A stretch of 58,984 nucleotides of DNA, the filler included, from Sphacelaria rigidula (lineage: Eukaryota), in assembly GCA_964200075.2 (NCBI GenBank). It is 3 parts of 3 records of this genome, joined end to end, with 100 filler letters (N's around TTAATTAATTAA, not from the genome) between each part and the next. Parts side by side here need not be neighbours in the genome. Positions count along the whole stretch, not along the records: positions 39,400 to 58,984 come from CAXNAA020000642.1; 2 more parts are not named here. One strand, 5' to 3'. Under the pieces are notes generated by a model, which saw only the letters and a list, made by a program, of their open reading frames with translations, did not search any database and had not been told where the DNA came from. Positions within the stretch are counted from its first letter, which is position 1, and the number at the start of each line of letters is the position of its first letter. Shown piece by piece: positions 45,501-58,191 of this stretch. Made by a program: the position numbers and the translations under genes.

Positions 45501-48500
45501 GACAACTGCAACAAAAAAGTGCTTTTGCAAAGACTGAGGTACTATTTTCTGGGTCGGATGGACTGTCTGTTGTTCTCGTTACATAGTCAATACATTGGAT
45601 AGTTAGCTAGGTAGAGCTTTCGGAGAAAACGCTTCTCGCAATCTAGAGCGCATTATTGTTCAAAGCATGTAGCTTTCAAGCGGACTGCTGCCAAAAGATA
45701 TGCTCAACCCATGTATCCATCGCGGAGTTTGGATCTACCACACCGACGCACACACATATACAATGAATGACATTCACATATACAATACATAAGACTCACA
45801 CCATTCGGGTATTTTCTGAAATTAAACTAACACAATCAACAGGGAACCTGCAAGTATTGTCAAACCGATTATACAGAGATTTTTGGCTCACCTGTATCTC
45901 AAGACTTCTGTAATGTTTGTAAATGACACCGTATGTACAAGTGTATGATATACGCAACGCTTCCCTCACCCCCCTGCCCCCCCTCCCCCCAACACCTTGC
46001 TCTCTCTTTCTTATCATCCCGTGTCTGTCCCCCCCTCTACTTGCGAAGCTGGTTAAGGGAGTATGGGCCGCACTTGAGAACTTGGCAGCAACAAAGGCTG
46101 CCGGGGGAGGCGCGGTAAGCACCAGTGGTGCTGCTACTAGCACAGGAAAAACAGGCAAAACAGCAGACATGGCCCGTGACTTACTGCGCCTTGTTCCCCT
46201 CGACCGTGTTGGTGGCAGCTTTGTTATTGATCTCCTCCGGTGCTACGCGCGCTGTCAGCAATCGAGGGGTGCGGGTGCAAACGTCACGATCGCAGTGTTG
46301 GAGGTATGTCCACCCACCTAAGAATGCAGGCGACTGCAGAAGTCTGGCGCTGGAAGATGTGAGGCTGGCGAGATATTCGTGCAATGTTGTGCAAGATGAA
46401 GAAGGTTGTTGTTGAAAGAGTCCTTGTCGTTAACATACACTTGTGGGGGGGAACAACGACTGCTCAAGTCCAGACAAGATGCAGGCGTAGATGGTGAGAG
46501 AAGGGAAGCGCGATGAAGTTGTCGGTTCTCTCGAGATCTTCTTCTCGAAGCGTCGCACTTCTGCGCCTTGACGTTTCTAGATATAGTCAGATCGTGTCTG
46601 GGAACTTGCTCAAGTCTTCCAAAAGGACATAGTTCGTCGGAATGATAACTCCCGGTCTAGGCAGAAGCAGTTTGTCCACATTAAACCAAAAGTAAGCACG
46701 CGCCCTGCGTAATGTCTCTAAGCATTGGCTACGTAGACAGACCATACAATGCCTATGTCTAACACAGCAGCAGCAGCAGCAGCAGCACAGTAAAGCGTTG
46801 AAATCCTCCATGGTTTGCGCAAGCACTCACTCGATCATCCAGCTGCTGGGGCAGATGGAGAGCTAGGAGATACCGTTTTTGTGTACTGTCGTGCACGATC
46901 AGGACGACCCCTGGTTTCTGATATCGCGAAAAATTGTGTATATTTGGACACATTCACGAATGCCAACTGTGACACCAAAAGCTACTACTTCGCCCAACTT
47001 GTTCCTCCTCCTCAACTGCTATGTGTGAAACAATCAAACCTCCACCACAGGCTAAAAGAGCTCTACGGGAAATAGCCACAGAGAAATTCTGTAAATCAGT
47101 AGACGCGTTCCTCGACGCCGTTTCATCCGTGATGATGGCTGCAATGGCGACTGAGACACAGAGAGATAGCCATGGAACATGCGTTACTACCGGGAACCCG
47201 ACAAACATTGGGAGTGGAGCTAGCGAGGACGGCGACGGGGGATCACCTCCTGTGTGGGTGAGCTGCAATCTGCAGGCCTGCACGCGTGTTTAATAATTTT
47301 CCATCGACTGGGTACCCTTTAAGTACGCCTGGCCAAGTGTTGTGGCCAGGAACCATCCTCCGTCAAAACGACATATCGGCAGGGTCGCTACACGAGTGGC
47401 GTTGTCTCCATTCACCGTGTGCGAAGTGCCCGTGAGCAACAGAGTATGTGTTCTTTTTCAGATCAGGGACAAAGCCCCCATTCGTTGCACTTTTGACCTG
47501 AGCAACGGAACGCTCACTTATTGCACTCCAAACAAGCATCGAAGCCCTCACTCGTGAGAACATGATGCCGCGCCTAACTTGTCAATCCGACAACATGTGG
47601 CGAGGTTTCAAAATAGCTCACTGACGAAGCCGGTCCCGTTCCTTGTGATTGGCTTTTGCCAAGAACTGATGGCTTTGGGTTTGGCGTGCCTTGTTGGGTT
47701 GACGAATTTGACGCAGCGTACTTCTCACATGTGAGGGGTGCATCGTTTGTTCGAGGTGCATTGATCGAATCGTACCCCTTCCAGGCTAGAAGTGCAGGAA
47801 ACTACGACATGTTTCTCGGTCTGTAAAAATGACGTGCAATGAGTTTCACAGGCAATTCGTTGATATTATATCGAATATTTCACATCACGAGATACTGTCA
47901 CACGACATGCACCACTCTACTTGGTGAAATAGTAAGTCGTCTCGGCAACTAGGAGTGCGGTATACTTGAATAGCCTGCCGGCCCAAATCACGTGTGTGTC
48001 TTGCAGTGTTGAACGAGTCAATTTTAATACATGTATTTTTTACTGGTATGATTCTCTCGTCTAATGATATGCTCATTTTTTTGGTGCTTTTTACCCACCC
48101 CATACGCTATGTAGGCCTTCTGTGAGCTTCTGCTGGGCGTGGATATAGCCGTCACTACGTCGCGACTTCAGGAAACTCTTCATCTATTCTCCAACCTGCA
48201 CACCGACAACCAAGGTGATCTCTTCGGTGGGAGTAAGTATGATTGTTAGCACTCTGTGTATGAGGTGATGAACGATGCCGAGCGTGTGTGCGAGGATCAT
48301 CAATACCAGCGATGAGGTGCTTAAAAGTGTGAATGAGCATGCAATCAAGTTCTGGTCAACTGTACGACATGAAGATCGTGGCGTTAACTTGACCCTTTGA
48401 CTACGATGTTATTTTCCTCAGTCGGAAATTAAGCATACAAACACGATGTCTTCTAGTTTACCTCTAGCATGAATAAAGTCTTATTGCCAGTAAGACACAA

Positions 48501-51500
48501 CGAGAATCCGAGCGAACCACGCCAAAGCCGAGCCGAAACCATTCATCAACATCATTCTGTCACATAAAAATCTCATCATCCCTTCTTTCCTCCAATCGTC
48601 GCTCGTTCCCAGTCAACACAGAAGATCCGAAGCAGAAAAGAAACGCGTCAGTGTTGTTGCGTGCTGTGGTGCTGCTAGGAGAAGCAGCAAGCCATGGAGA
48701 CGACGGCGATATCAACAGCAACAACAATGGCTCTACCCCCCGCGGCGCTGGTGCCTCTGACAGCAATTCGTCAAACAAACAGCGCCGCTCCTCTGGTGGG
48801 AGCAGTAGCAGCAGCAATCAAGCTCTCCGCCTTCTTGTTTGCCATGAGACACTCTTTTGGAGAACCCTCGAAAAACTCATGGGGCAGATGCAAGAATTCA
48901 GTAGTCCGGGGAAGGGCAGTGAGAAGCGCCAAGAAGGAGAAGATGACAAAACTAAAAGGCTGCGGGGAGGATCGGATGGTGCTGCACCATCAAGCACAGC
49001 GAACCTGACGAGTTCGCGGTCGAGCAACAACAAGGACGACGACGACGACGACGATGGCGAGAAAGAAACCAGAAACAACGCAATAGTTGTTGAGGAGTTG
49101 GCGGAATTGTTGGGGGTGTTTAGACTGCTAGCTGCGAGTTCGCTGTTGTCGCTCGAGAGCGGGGCCGCGCTGGAAGAGCTAGTGTTCCCAGCGGTGCTAT
49201 CCCAGCGTCGGTGAGTCTTCCATCATTGGACGCTTCTACACAACATACTACACGCTCAGAGCACAACACGATACTTGCTAGTAATGGAGAAGTACACTTC
49301 GAACCGTGCTGCTGAAAGTACTTCTCCCAATCCCTCATGAACAAGATTCACCACAGTAGAGGTCATTCGCCAACATTTTATTTACGCACGGGCCTCTTTC
49401 CGCATGATATGTGCAAATTGGTAGGCTAGAATGATCTTTTGTTGTGTGTCGAACACTTGTGATCATCCTTACTGCAGTCGCCGTCATCCATCGAAGCGTA
49501 GAGGCAGAGCAGTCGTCCGGGGTTGTGAGATGGGAACGTGTGATTGAGGTTGCAATGCGTCATGCTCATGTACATCAGCTATCAATTCGCGCAACTCTTG
49601 GTGGAGGGTAGTAAGCACCTGCTCTCGAGTGAGTACCCCCGGACAGCCCTTCTTATAGGCCACGGATGCTTAGTAGAAAGAAAGACTGTTTCAATAACTC
49701 TACTTGAAATTATGTCATCCTGACGTGATGCAGTGCTGACGACGTTCCCTCTAACGCTGGATGAATGTTCGTGAAATACTGAGGCCTTTTCCCGCGGGCA
49801 GCACTCTTTTCACTCACCGCCCGTGCCGTTCTCGTTCACAGTCGACCCCTTTTTTGTCGTATCGGCTGCTCTTTCCTGACTCATGACTCGGTCTCTTCTT
49901 TCTCCTGGGCCGACTCGGGGTGGATGCTGCACACGCCCTCTACAAGGCTGATTCGGCCGGCGGTGCTACTGTCTTTCTTTCTAGCGGAGCCGCGCAGGGT
50001 GCTATTGTCGTCCTTGGCCGTTATGCAGGATGCGGCGTTCGGCCGATCCTCAACGGATGTGGGCAGGTGATGAGTCATTGGTAAGGCATCCATCGTGGGG
50101 GGGGATGTACTCATGATCCTGCATGCCATAGGCATAAGGCCATCGACCTCGGATTCCTCCGAAGTCGAGACGGAGCACGCCGGGTTTTCGTGGGGCCAGC
50201 CTCGCAGTCAATCACCTAGCGCGAAGCGCCGTGATGTGTTCGGCGAGTCGCATGAAGGGTGAGCTACATCCTGCTGCGATTGTTCGGCCAGAATCGTACG
50301 GATTATCTCGCATTTGGATGACAGTCTCCAATGAGTTCCTTCATTTTCTGATATCGCCACTTCCAGAGATCCATCGTTGGGGGGGGCGGGGGGGTAGGAG
50401 GCGGAGGGACAAACCGAGGGGGCGGCGGGAGGACGGACGTGGGTAGGGAGGGGAGGGAATGAGAGGCTATCTCCAATTCCTGTACTCCAAACTCCGTTTT
50501 AGATTTTTACAACGCCGGTGATGGGGCAGATGGGATCGTGGTTCACACCGTTGGTCTGTCATTTCCTTCGGCTGGTTGTGACACGCGCTCTACTGTCGTT
50601 GTCGTATGATTGACTCCTATAATTGTGCCGTTCTAGTCCATGATCTACGTGCTCCTTCTCCTCATATTCCCCGCGTATTTTGTAGTGTTGTTTACGAAGT
50701 AAAGCCCAGAGTGACCATGTGCGACTCATTATTGCACTGTACGCCGTTTTTCGACCGCTACCTTTTCGCATTGCCCCGGTGTTACCATGTAGAGCCTGTG
50801 ACTACGTGAGTCTGATAGGAGTGTTGGCGAGGGAAAACGCGTCCTTCGTTGCGACCCACGTCCAGCGGCAGTACGAGGCATTCCGCGGCCGCACTAGTGG
50901 GTACGTACCACATAGGGACGTACACATCTAATGTTTTTGACATAAGCCCAAAACGACTCCACGGCCGAAGGCGAGGGCAGCATGCTTGTAAACTGACGAT
51001 AGCTAGGACTCGGCTTGTATGCCCAATATATAGTGCTTGATCGAGAAAGCGATTCACGACGAACGATTCCACTTCCCCGTTTACGTCCTCTACGTATTGC
51101 TATGTCGACACTGAATTCCGCACACTTTGTGGAGAATTTCTCGCGGGTTCATCTCGTCATGATGAGTCACTGTTCCGCGAGAACGTGGACCAAAGAAAGG
51201 CTCAGATTTCTGAGTAGCACCATGTTCCCACAGCAGTTTTTGCAGTGCTACTTAATCTTGTATCTATTTTCGGACTTGAATGATACGCAGGCGACAGTTT
51301 GGCGGTACAAAACATCGAGAAGACGGAGATAGCAACGTCGGTGATCCAGATGGTGATGACTACATGGCCGGAGTATCCACCCGAGAAGCGATGGTGAGGT
51401 CCTGCACATAGATATTCCCACCTGCACCGCAGGAGTGACCCGCGATTTACTACAGGAAAGCATGCCCCCCCGGATAACTTTCTATCGCACGTGCCAATGG

Positions 51501-54500
51501 CGAGTGAAAAATGCGCAGACAGTGCCCACGGCACTTACTTCGCCGGGAAACGTCGGATTGTTCCTTGTGAACGCGCGATAGTCCAAGAGTAAGAGCATAC
51601 TGGACGCCCTATGGAATGAGTGCGATCGAAATCATGTGGAATATGCTGGACTTAGTTCGCTCTCTTATTCTTTGTTATTGTGCCCGTTCCATCTTCCTCA
51701 GGACTAGTCTGCAGCCGCAAGGGACTGACCAATGCTTTCCCGATACTCCCCATGCTTATTATAGCGAGCGTTGGATCAGTACTCCCAAAGGCCGTCGACG
51801 TTTATCGACTTTCATCATTTTTACCACATTACGGTGTCGAGTTCTCGGGGGACGCAAGTAACCAGAATATTACCCTACTGCTTATATTCAAAGCCACGAA
51901 ATGCACGGCTCTACCGGATTGCATGTGCGTACCTTCATCCAGGAACGCGAAATCCGGCAACTTCAAGAGGCCAGCGTGACGTCAGACGGCATGCTTTCCT
52001 GCTACACCCCGTTTCTCTTGGCCATTGTGAAACAACGCGTTGCCGACCCACGACAGCATTCTCGAATATCGGCACACACCTCGGCTGCTCCAGAAAAGGT
52101 CGCCGCAGGGGAGGGTAGCAACAACCCCAACACGTTCTCGAGGTAGTGCTTACTTCCACAAACATGTCTTACAGATGTCTTCGCCAGACCCTGATTTTGC
52201 GTTGTTCATCAGCTCTTCGACCACAGTTAGAGCATCGGCACCCGCGTGGTTGAGATCTTCCAGTCGATATTAGAAGGAGCGTTGGCACCGATTCACAAAT
52301 GCACCAAACCCAACAAATTTGATACTACTTGTAGCAGGATCCCTTACGTTCTTCTGAAGATTCAGAGCTCTATCCCGTATCTCTCAACCGTCATTAATCA
52401 CTCCACCTTTCTCGATGTGTGTGTGCGTGTGTGTGTGCGTACGTGTGCGTTAGCCTTGCCGTTGAGGCGCTGTGGACCTTGTCTGAGTATGCGGTACTTA
52501 GCCCGCGGTTAGCGGCGACAGAGGTACTGCCCCTGGCAGAAGCGCTGGCTTTGGACTCGCGGGAAGCCTCTGTGGTGAGTCACAGCATACTATCTGTTCA
52601 CAGTTGGTTCGAGACTCCCGGTGTCTTGCGCGTGACAACAAACGCACATCATCTTACGTTCAACCGCACAGCTCCTAGAATACGAAAAGTGGAAATGCAT
52701 ATTGCTGTATGTAGAGCGGGATTTGCAATGCCTTTCTGTTCCTACTTTATTTTTCGTTCACCAGTTTCATATCAAGCGCCAAGGTATCTTGGTGGCAATT
52801 CACTCGCGCACGTGATCAGAATACGTTTCCTTCCGTGTCACCACATAACACATGGCGTACCTCGGAGCAAGCTGTGCAAATGTGTAGGGGGACGGGAGGG
52901 TGAAGAAGAAAGATACCGCACGCACCACTCGCGGTTACTTCCTGCACCTGTCTTCCGCATATTTTTTATTGTATCCGCGGAGCAGACTTCGGTGAAACGT
53001 ATTGTCAATAATGTGGTGTCTCTATTCACAGGATATACACGTGTTCTTCTGTCCCAGAGACAAATGAACAAGAGCTCAACTTTGTATCTACACAGGATGG
53101 ACTCTCGATCGAGATCGCTTGACTGTGCAAACAGAAGAATTTCTCCCAGAGGGTGTACAGTGGCCATCGAACTCACTTGCTCCGCACAGCAGTAGAAGGA
53201 AATCGATAGTTTCCACAGACGCTTGTCTGTCCTAAACAGAATAAAACACTCAATCTCTTCTTAACACAGAGAGCTGAAGCAGAATTGGTGGAGAGAGTGA
53301 TAGCAGTAGCGGCGATACCAAGCTGTAACTCTTCAGAATATAACAATTTACTCTTGATGAGAAAACTGTACATTCGACTGTGCGTTCGGTTGATTATACG
53401 TATACTAGAAACTGCACGGTTGGCCATTCATTACTTGACCCTTCTGTACTCGACTCTTGCACCACTTGACCTACATGCCTTACCCTATCCATTGCCTAAT
53501 CTTTCGGTGCTTGATCCTTACAGTACTTGGCCTCTCTACACCGTCGACCGTCGACCCCTTCGAACGTTGCTGTACCAAGCTGTAGACGTAACGGTAACAT
53601 GGAAAGGTACATTATACGCCGCTAGTTTATTGCATTTGTCATTTGAATACTTCCCACAACCCGAAGCTTTTGCAAGTTCCGCGTCCCTTCGATCCTTCAT
53701 CTTCTCCTATGAATCATATTGCACGCATTTCGTTTGGCCTGAACACATCCCCCGGCGGACGAGCAAAGGTCCGGAGCGCGGCGGTGTCCGTGCTCACCCG
53801 GAGAGAATTGGCGACTGACGCAATTTCCGCGCGAGCTTGTACTCTGTTGGCGGATGCGGACCCCCTGTTACGAGTGAAAGTTTTACGCAGGCTCGGTCGT
53901 CTGATGCGAGAAAGCAGGTGTGAGTTGATACGCGTCGTGGGAAACTGTTAGTAGCAGGTTCGTTTCATGGGGAAAATGGTTAGGGGAGGGGCCGGCGCTT
54001 GCAGGATAGATCGGTTATTAGTAGAACTTCATGGTACCCGTATGGCTAGAAGAGTATTCATGCCTCACAAACTCACGTTCTAGCTATGGTATGGTGACGC
54101 TTTCACTTGCACTTCTTACGTAGGATATCGCGCCGACTCCCACTGTAGTGCCGCTACAATGAAAGATCTCAGCTTTTCGTGAAACATGTGCGACTTTTGA
54201 AAATATGCGCCTGACACACATGATGTACAAAACTAAGATACTCCCCTTCATGTGGGGCAGAGTTTCCATTGATCCTCGATTCTCAGAGCACAGCCATTAC
54301 CCCCCTGGTCCTTTACGACGGGGTCCTCCGCCGTACTCAATGCATCGCCTGCGCGTCAGCGCCTCTCTGAGTTCTGCTTTGCTACACCTTCGCACGGACA
54401 CATGCCTGCTTCTTTCGTTTTTGTAGGATCAAGACGGCACACCTATCCCGATTCGCCCTACTCTTGGTCGACGAAGATGAGTTCGTGCGTGAGGCCGCGC

Positions 54501-57500
54501 AGACCATTTTCTTCAAATATCTGCAGCCGCAACCTGACTCAGTGGCGAGGTACTTTCGACCGATTCATACTTTTCAGAGATCACACCACTACAATTGCAC
54601 GCAGTCACAGTTGGCCTGCAGTTGTCGTGCCGGCGCAAAGAAAGGTACGGGGGCGTGCTCATTTGTTGCTTGCCTTAGTCGTTTGACCATTGACCACGCA
54701 TCCCTTCCGAGACGGGGCACAGAAGGGTACGGAGGGAGGGTGATACGAGAATTTGTGCACGTGACAATCCAGCTAGTATTTCCTCTTTGTGATTACGACA
54801 GATGTGGAAAAAAACGCGAACACCCTGAAGCAGCAGTGTCGACAACTACTGTGAGGTTCACGGAGGAACGCCGCTTTGACATCCTCGGTTCAACCCCAAT
54901 AAAACATACACCTTCTGTGGGACAGGGCCCTGGGATCGATGGCTGTGCTCTGGGAGTCTAAGATGAACGGGAACACTACCCCAAAAGGAGGGGGTATCTT
55001 GTTTCTAAAGATCAGCCGTGTCGGATACTTAATTTCGAGGGATAACCACATATGTTTCACGAAACCGAACTCATTTAAGATAAATATTCAAACCACGAAT
55101 CCCAAATCTATACTACTAAGGTGTGTTTTCGAGACATATTTTACGCTGGATGCCAAGGCCGACGTGAAGCGCCGGGTACTCAAGTTACTTATAGAGGTCA
55201 GCCGTCGTGTAACCCCGAAGCAGAGCCTGGCCTCATTGGGAGCGACATTGGTACGCAAGACCGCTGAAACCGGAGACGAGGGGGCAGCTTTTTTTCTCTC
55301 TCTCGTTCCTCCCACGGTGAGACGAAAAGGCGCCGCACCTTGTGTTGTTGCTGCAGAATAGAGCACACTGTTCCCATTGTACGTGCGTACTCCCAAATAT
55401 TGGTTCGATCTCAATTTTTGCCGATGATATGCACAGCGCAATGCATCGTCAGGTTGGTTGTGATGAGGGTCGGAGTGCGAGCTGCGTTCCCACGAGTGTT
55501 CCCAGTGCCATCGTGCAGATCTCGAATTCAAGTTTTTATACCATTCAATGGTTCTCATTTACTTCGAATCTCTGTTTAGGGTTCAGCCGACCCGTTTTAG
55601 GTGTAGAGGTGAAACGTGACAAGTACCACGTCAAATCCTCCGTTGAAAACCCAGTGTCTCGCTCTTTATCGAACCAATCGCAGTGGACACGCTGAGGACC
55701 TGGCCGTCGGTAATTGTGACCTGAAATTAGTGTCGCTTTCTTAACGTAGGCCCCTCTCGCTTTCTTCCGCAATATTCTCACCACATGTGCAAAATCTAGC
55801 ACAAATCTCTCGAGGCTACAGAGCTATGCCTCAGGCGAGGGCACCTGTCGCAGCTTTCCTGGGAAACTGCTTCTCTACTCCGCGACCACTTCGCCAAGAG
55901 CAGCGCACTCCAGAATCGAACTCGAGCCCCAAACTCCTACTCTGCCGATAGAGGACAACACAACTCGGCCGCCGGGGAAGGTGGTGTTGGGTCAAGTGAG
56001 TCCTTTACATTACTGCCGAGAGCAAAGGCGATGGATATGTCCGCGAGAATAGAGGCTGCTCTGAAGGAGCAACAACAACGACGGTCGGGCGATGTGATAG
56101 CGGTCGGACGAGCTGTGCTTCGTAGTAGGCGCGTCGCATCTACTGGTGGTAGCGGTGTGGTTGCAACAGCGAGTTCTATTCGCGGAGGCGTTATGACTCC
56201 GGCAGATGGTAAAGGCGAGGAAGTAGGCGCTTCTGCTCGTAGCGACTTTCGAAAGGAGAGGTATGGGGAACGAGGAGAAAGAACGCGACAAGCTATTGGT
56301 GATGGTGAGGCGGTACACGATGAAGGACAGGAAAGTAGCCATGACTCGGATGATAGCATTATCGACACAAATGCTCAACAAAGACGCAATACCCGCGGCC
56401 GGCGGCGGCAGAAGAAAAGGCAAGGTCGTGATGTATCCGTCTTTGGAGACGCGTTCGTAGTTTCTGCTGCTGCTGCGAACAGGAAAAATAGCACAAGGAG
56501 AAAGGTAGCACGCAGTTCTAAAAAGAGGGGACGAGAGCAGCAGCGGTGCATAGACACAGAAACTTTCGGTGAAAAACATAGGACAGTAGTGGCCGAACCG
56601 GAGGAAGGAGATGAAGAAAGCGCCGGAAATGAAAAAGACGAACAAATAAAAGAGGCAAAAAAAGGCAACCACGCGGGCAAGATAAAAGAGAAGGAGGAAA
56701 AGGGGGGTGAGGAGGACGACGACAAGGAGGAGGAGGACGACGGCAAGGAGGAGGAGGAGGACGACGACAAGGAGGAGGGGGAGATAGTCACTAGCGACTG
56801 CATCGTATCCGATGGTATAGATTTCAGCGGGGGATCAGATGACAGTAGCGGTATGTCTGCGACTGAACTACGACCAAGAGAAGACATCGACGTGATTCCC
56901 GCCGTCGCTGCCGTCATCGACCACGGCAGGCTACCATGGCGACCGAGGAGGAGGGAAGACTTGACCAGCGGCACTAGACTAGAATTCGAACGTGCCGGAG
57001 GACGAGGTGCGGGAAGTGGCCGTCGAAGTATAAGAATCGCGCGAGGAGTCGGGGAGAGAAATTCTGGGAATGATGGAAGGGCTCAGCGAGCCGCTCAGCG
57101 AGCAACACGTAAGAGTCGAAGCGGCAGCAGCGGTGGCAGCAAGGTGCAGGATTTCAGGAATCAAGATGAGGGCATTCTTCTCGGGACGAGTCCCCGGGGC
57201 GGAGGTGAAATCAGAGTGGTGAGAGGAGTCAACGGCGGAGAGGGTGACGGGGGAAGTGGCGAGGACAGTGGCGGGTGTGAGGAGGGGAGTGTGGAGGAAG
57301 CGGATATAGCAGTGAATGATAGTGGTGATGGTGATGATACGAACATGATATTCGGAAGGGAGTCATTCAGGGCGGGAGTTGAAAACGAGGACGGGGGGAC
57401 AGAGAGTGAAGGCGAGGTTGAAGGTCAGGATCGAACACAACAACAGCGACAGAAGCCAAATAAATGCAGTAGTAGTACGGGCAGCAAGCGTTGTTTCTCA

Positions 57501-57824
57501 GAGCATCGATCCACAGTGCTGCTGGGAGAAGAGAAGGAAACGGAGGTAGAAGATGGACCCGACCGCAGTTTGGCTGAAAATGACTTTAAACTTGAAACAG
57601 AAGCTGTTGTCATCGGTGCGAGCACCGCTGTTGCTCGCGGGGGAAGTGTAAGGGCGCCTGAAAATGGCGATTGCGAGACGGATACTACAATGGCCAAGAA
57701 TGCGAAGAAGGGCAAGGTGCACACAAGACGTACAAGGAGAAGGCTACAGCGTCGCAATGGGGACACCAAAGACCGCGAAGAAAGCGACGAGGATACCGAG
57801 CTATTCGAGAATGACCAGAGTTGA
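42521..57824 (+). CDS. Divergent condensin HEAT subunit, CAP-D2/Cnd1-like, with a long low-complexity C-terminal tail; 5'-partial, 17 exons, about 1820 aa visible
   Basis: Exons 42521-42677, 43192-43426, 43949(or 43967)-44121, 44372-44573, 44885-45402, 46049-46303, 47051-47257, 48636(uncertain acceptor)-49210, 49947-50066, 50793-50900, 51291-51393, 51943-52142, 52454-52574, 53769-53917, 54427-54549, 55121-55316, 55800-57824 (TGA), all phase-compatible. HEAT motifs (DSEATVRCAA, DDSKAVRSKAL, DADPLLRVKVL, LVDEDEFVREAAQTIF) occur in the order and spacing I recall for CAP-D2, including the acidic linker before MLSCYTPFLLAIV and LAVEALWTLSEYAVLSP. The HEAT-protein gene call is secure; the CAP-D2 assignment is from recall. 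Confidence 0.8.
43460..43717. mobile_element. hAT-like MITE (258 bp) with the same TIR as 40175-41138
   Basis: TIR CACGGTTCGGACGAAT / ATTCGTCCGATCCTTG; flanks GAAGAGCT / GAAGAGTC (degenerate 8-bp TSD). Confidence 0.7.
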
Positions 57825-57955
57825 TGCTGCGAGAACGGCCTTTCAGAAGAACGTGTCGCTCGCTTGGTTGATGATCAATGTGTGAGCGGTTGTATTTGAC
57901 AGGTACTACACATGACGGAAGTGTACAGTACATAACACCCGGCTCTTTCGACTAA

Positions 57956-58191
57956 TGCCGAGATAGCCCCCCCACAAAAAGTGCACGGGAGAACGTCCGA
58001 CAAACCGGCTGCGATCCCACTATTAGGCTCGTTTGAAGCAATTCCGCCCACATTAAAGGCTTGCAGCAGTCCGAAATCAGCTATAGCGCCCAAATGAGTC
58101 GCGTCGTGAAGCACGAAACAAGCTCTAACAGTATTTATGATCATCGCCTCCGTGCACTTTTTTGGCCGTTTCGGGAGGGGCTATCTCGGCA
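57956..58191. mobile_element. MITE-like inverted-repeat element just downstream of the condensin-like stop codon
   Basis: TGCCGAGATAGCCCC...CAAAAAGTGCACGG (57956-57988) pairs with CCGTGCACTTTTTTGG...GGGGCTATCTCGGCA (58150-58191), with one indel region. Confidence 0.65.

Noticed and set aside
47462..47603. Extra exon of the condensin-like gene between 47257 and 48636
   Set aside because: Candidate acceptor/donor pairs did not give phases compatible with both neighbours; cannot be excluded without RNA-seq.
51702..51833. Exon after the pyrimidine-rich acceptor TTCCTCAG at 51701
   Set aside because: The phase-0 reading hits TAG immediately; exon 51943-52142 fits both the phase and the CAP-D2 pattern.
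730..57824. A functional cluster of kinase + E3 ligase + myosin + condensin
   Set aside because: The genes sit on three contigs joined by artificial linkers. Only the RING gene and the myosin are truly adjacent, and nothing links them functionally.
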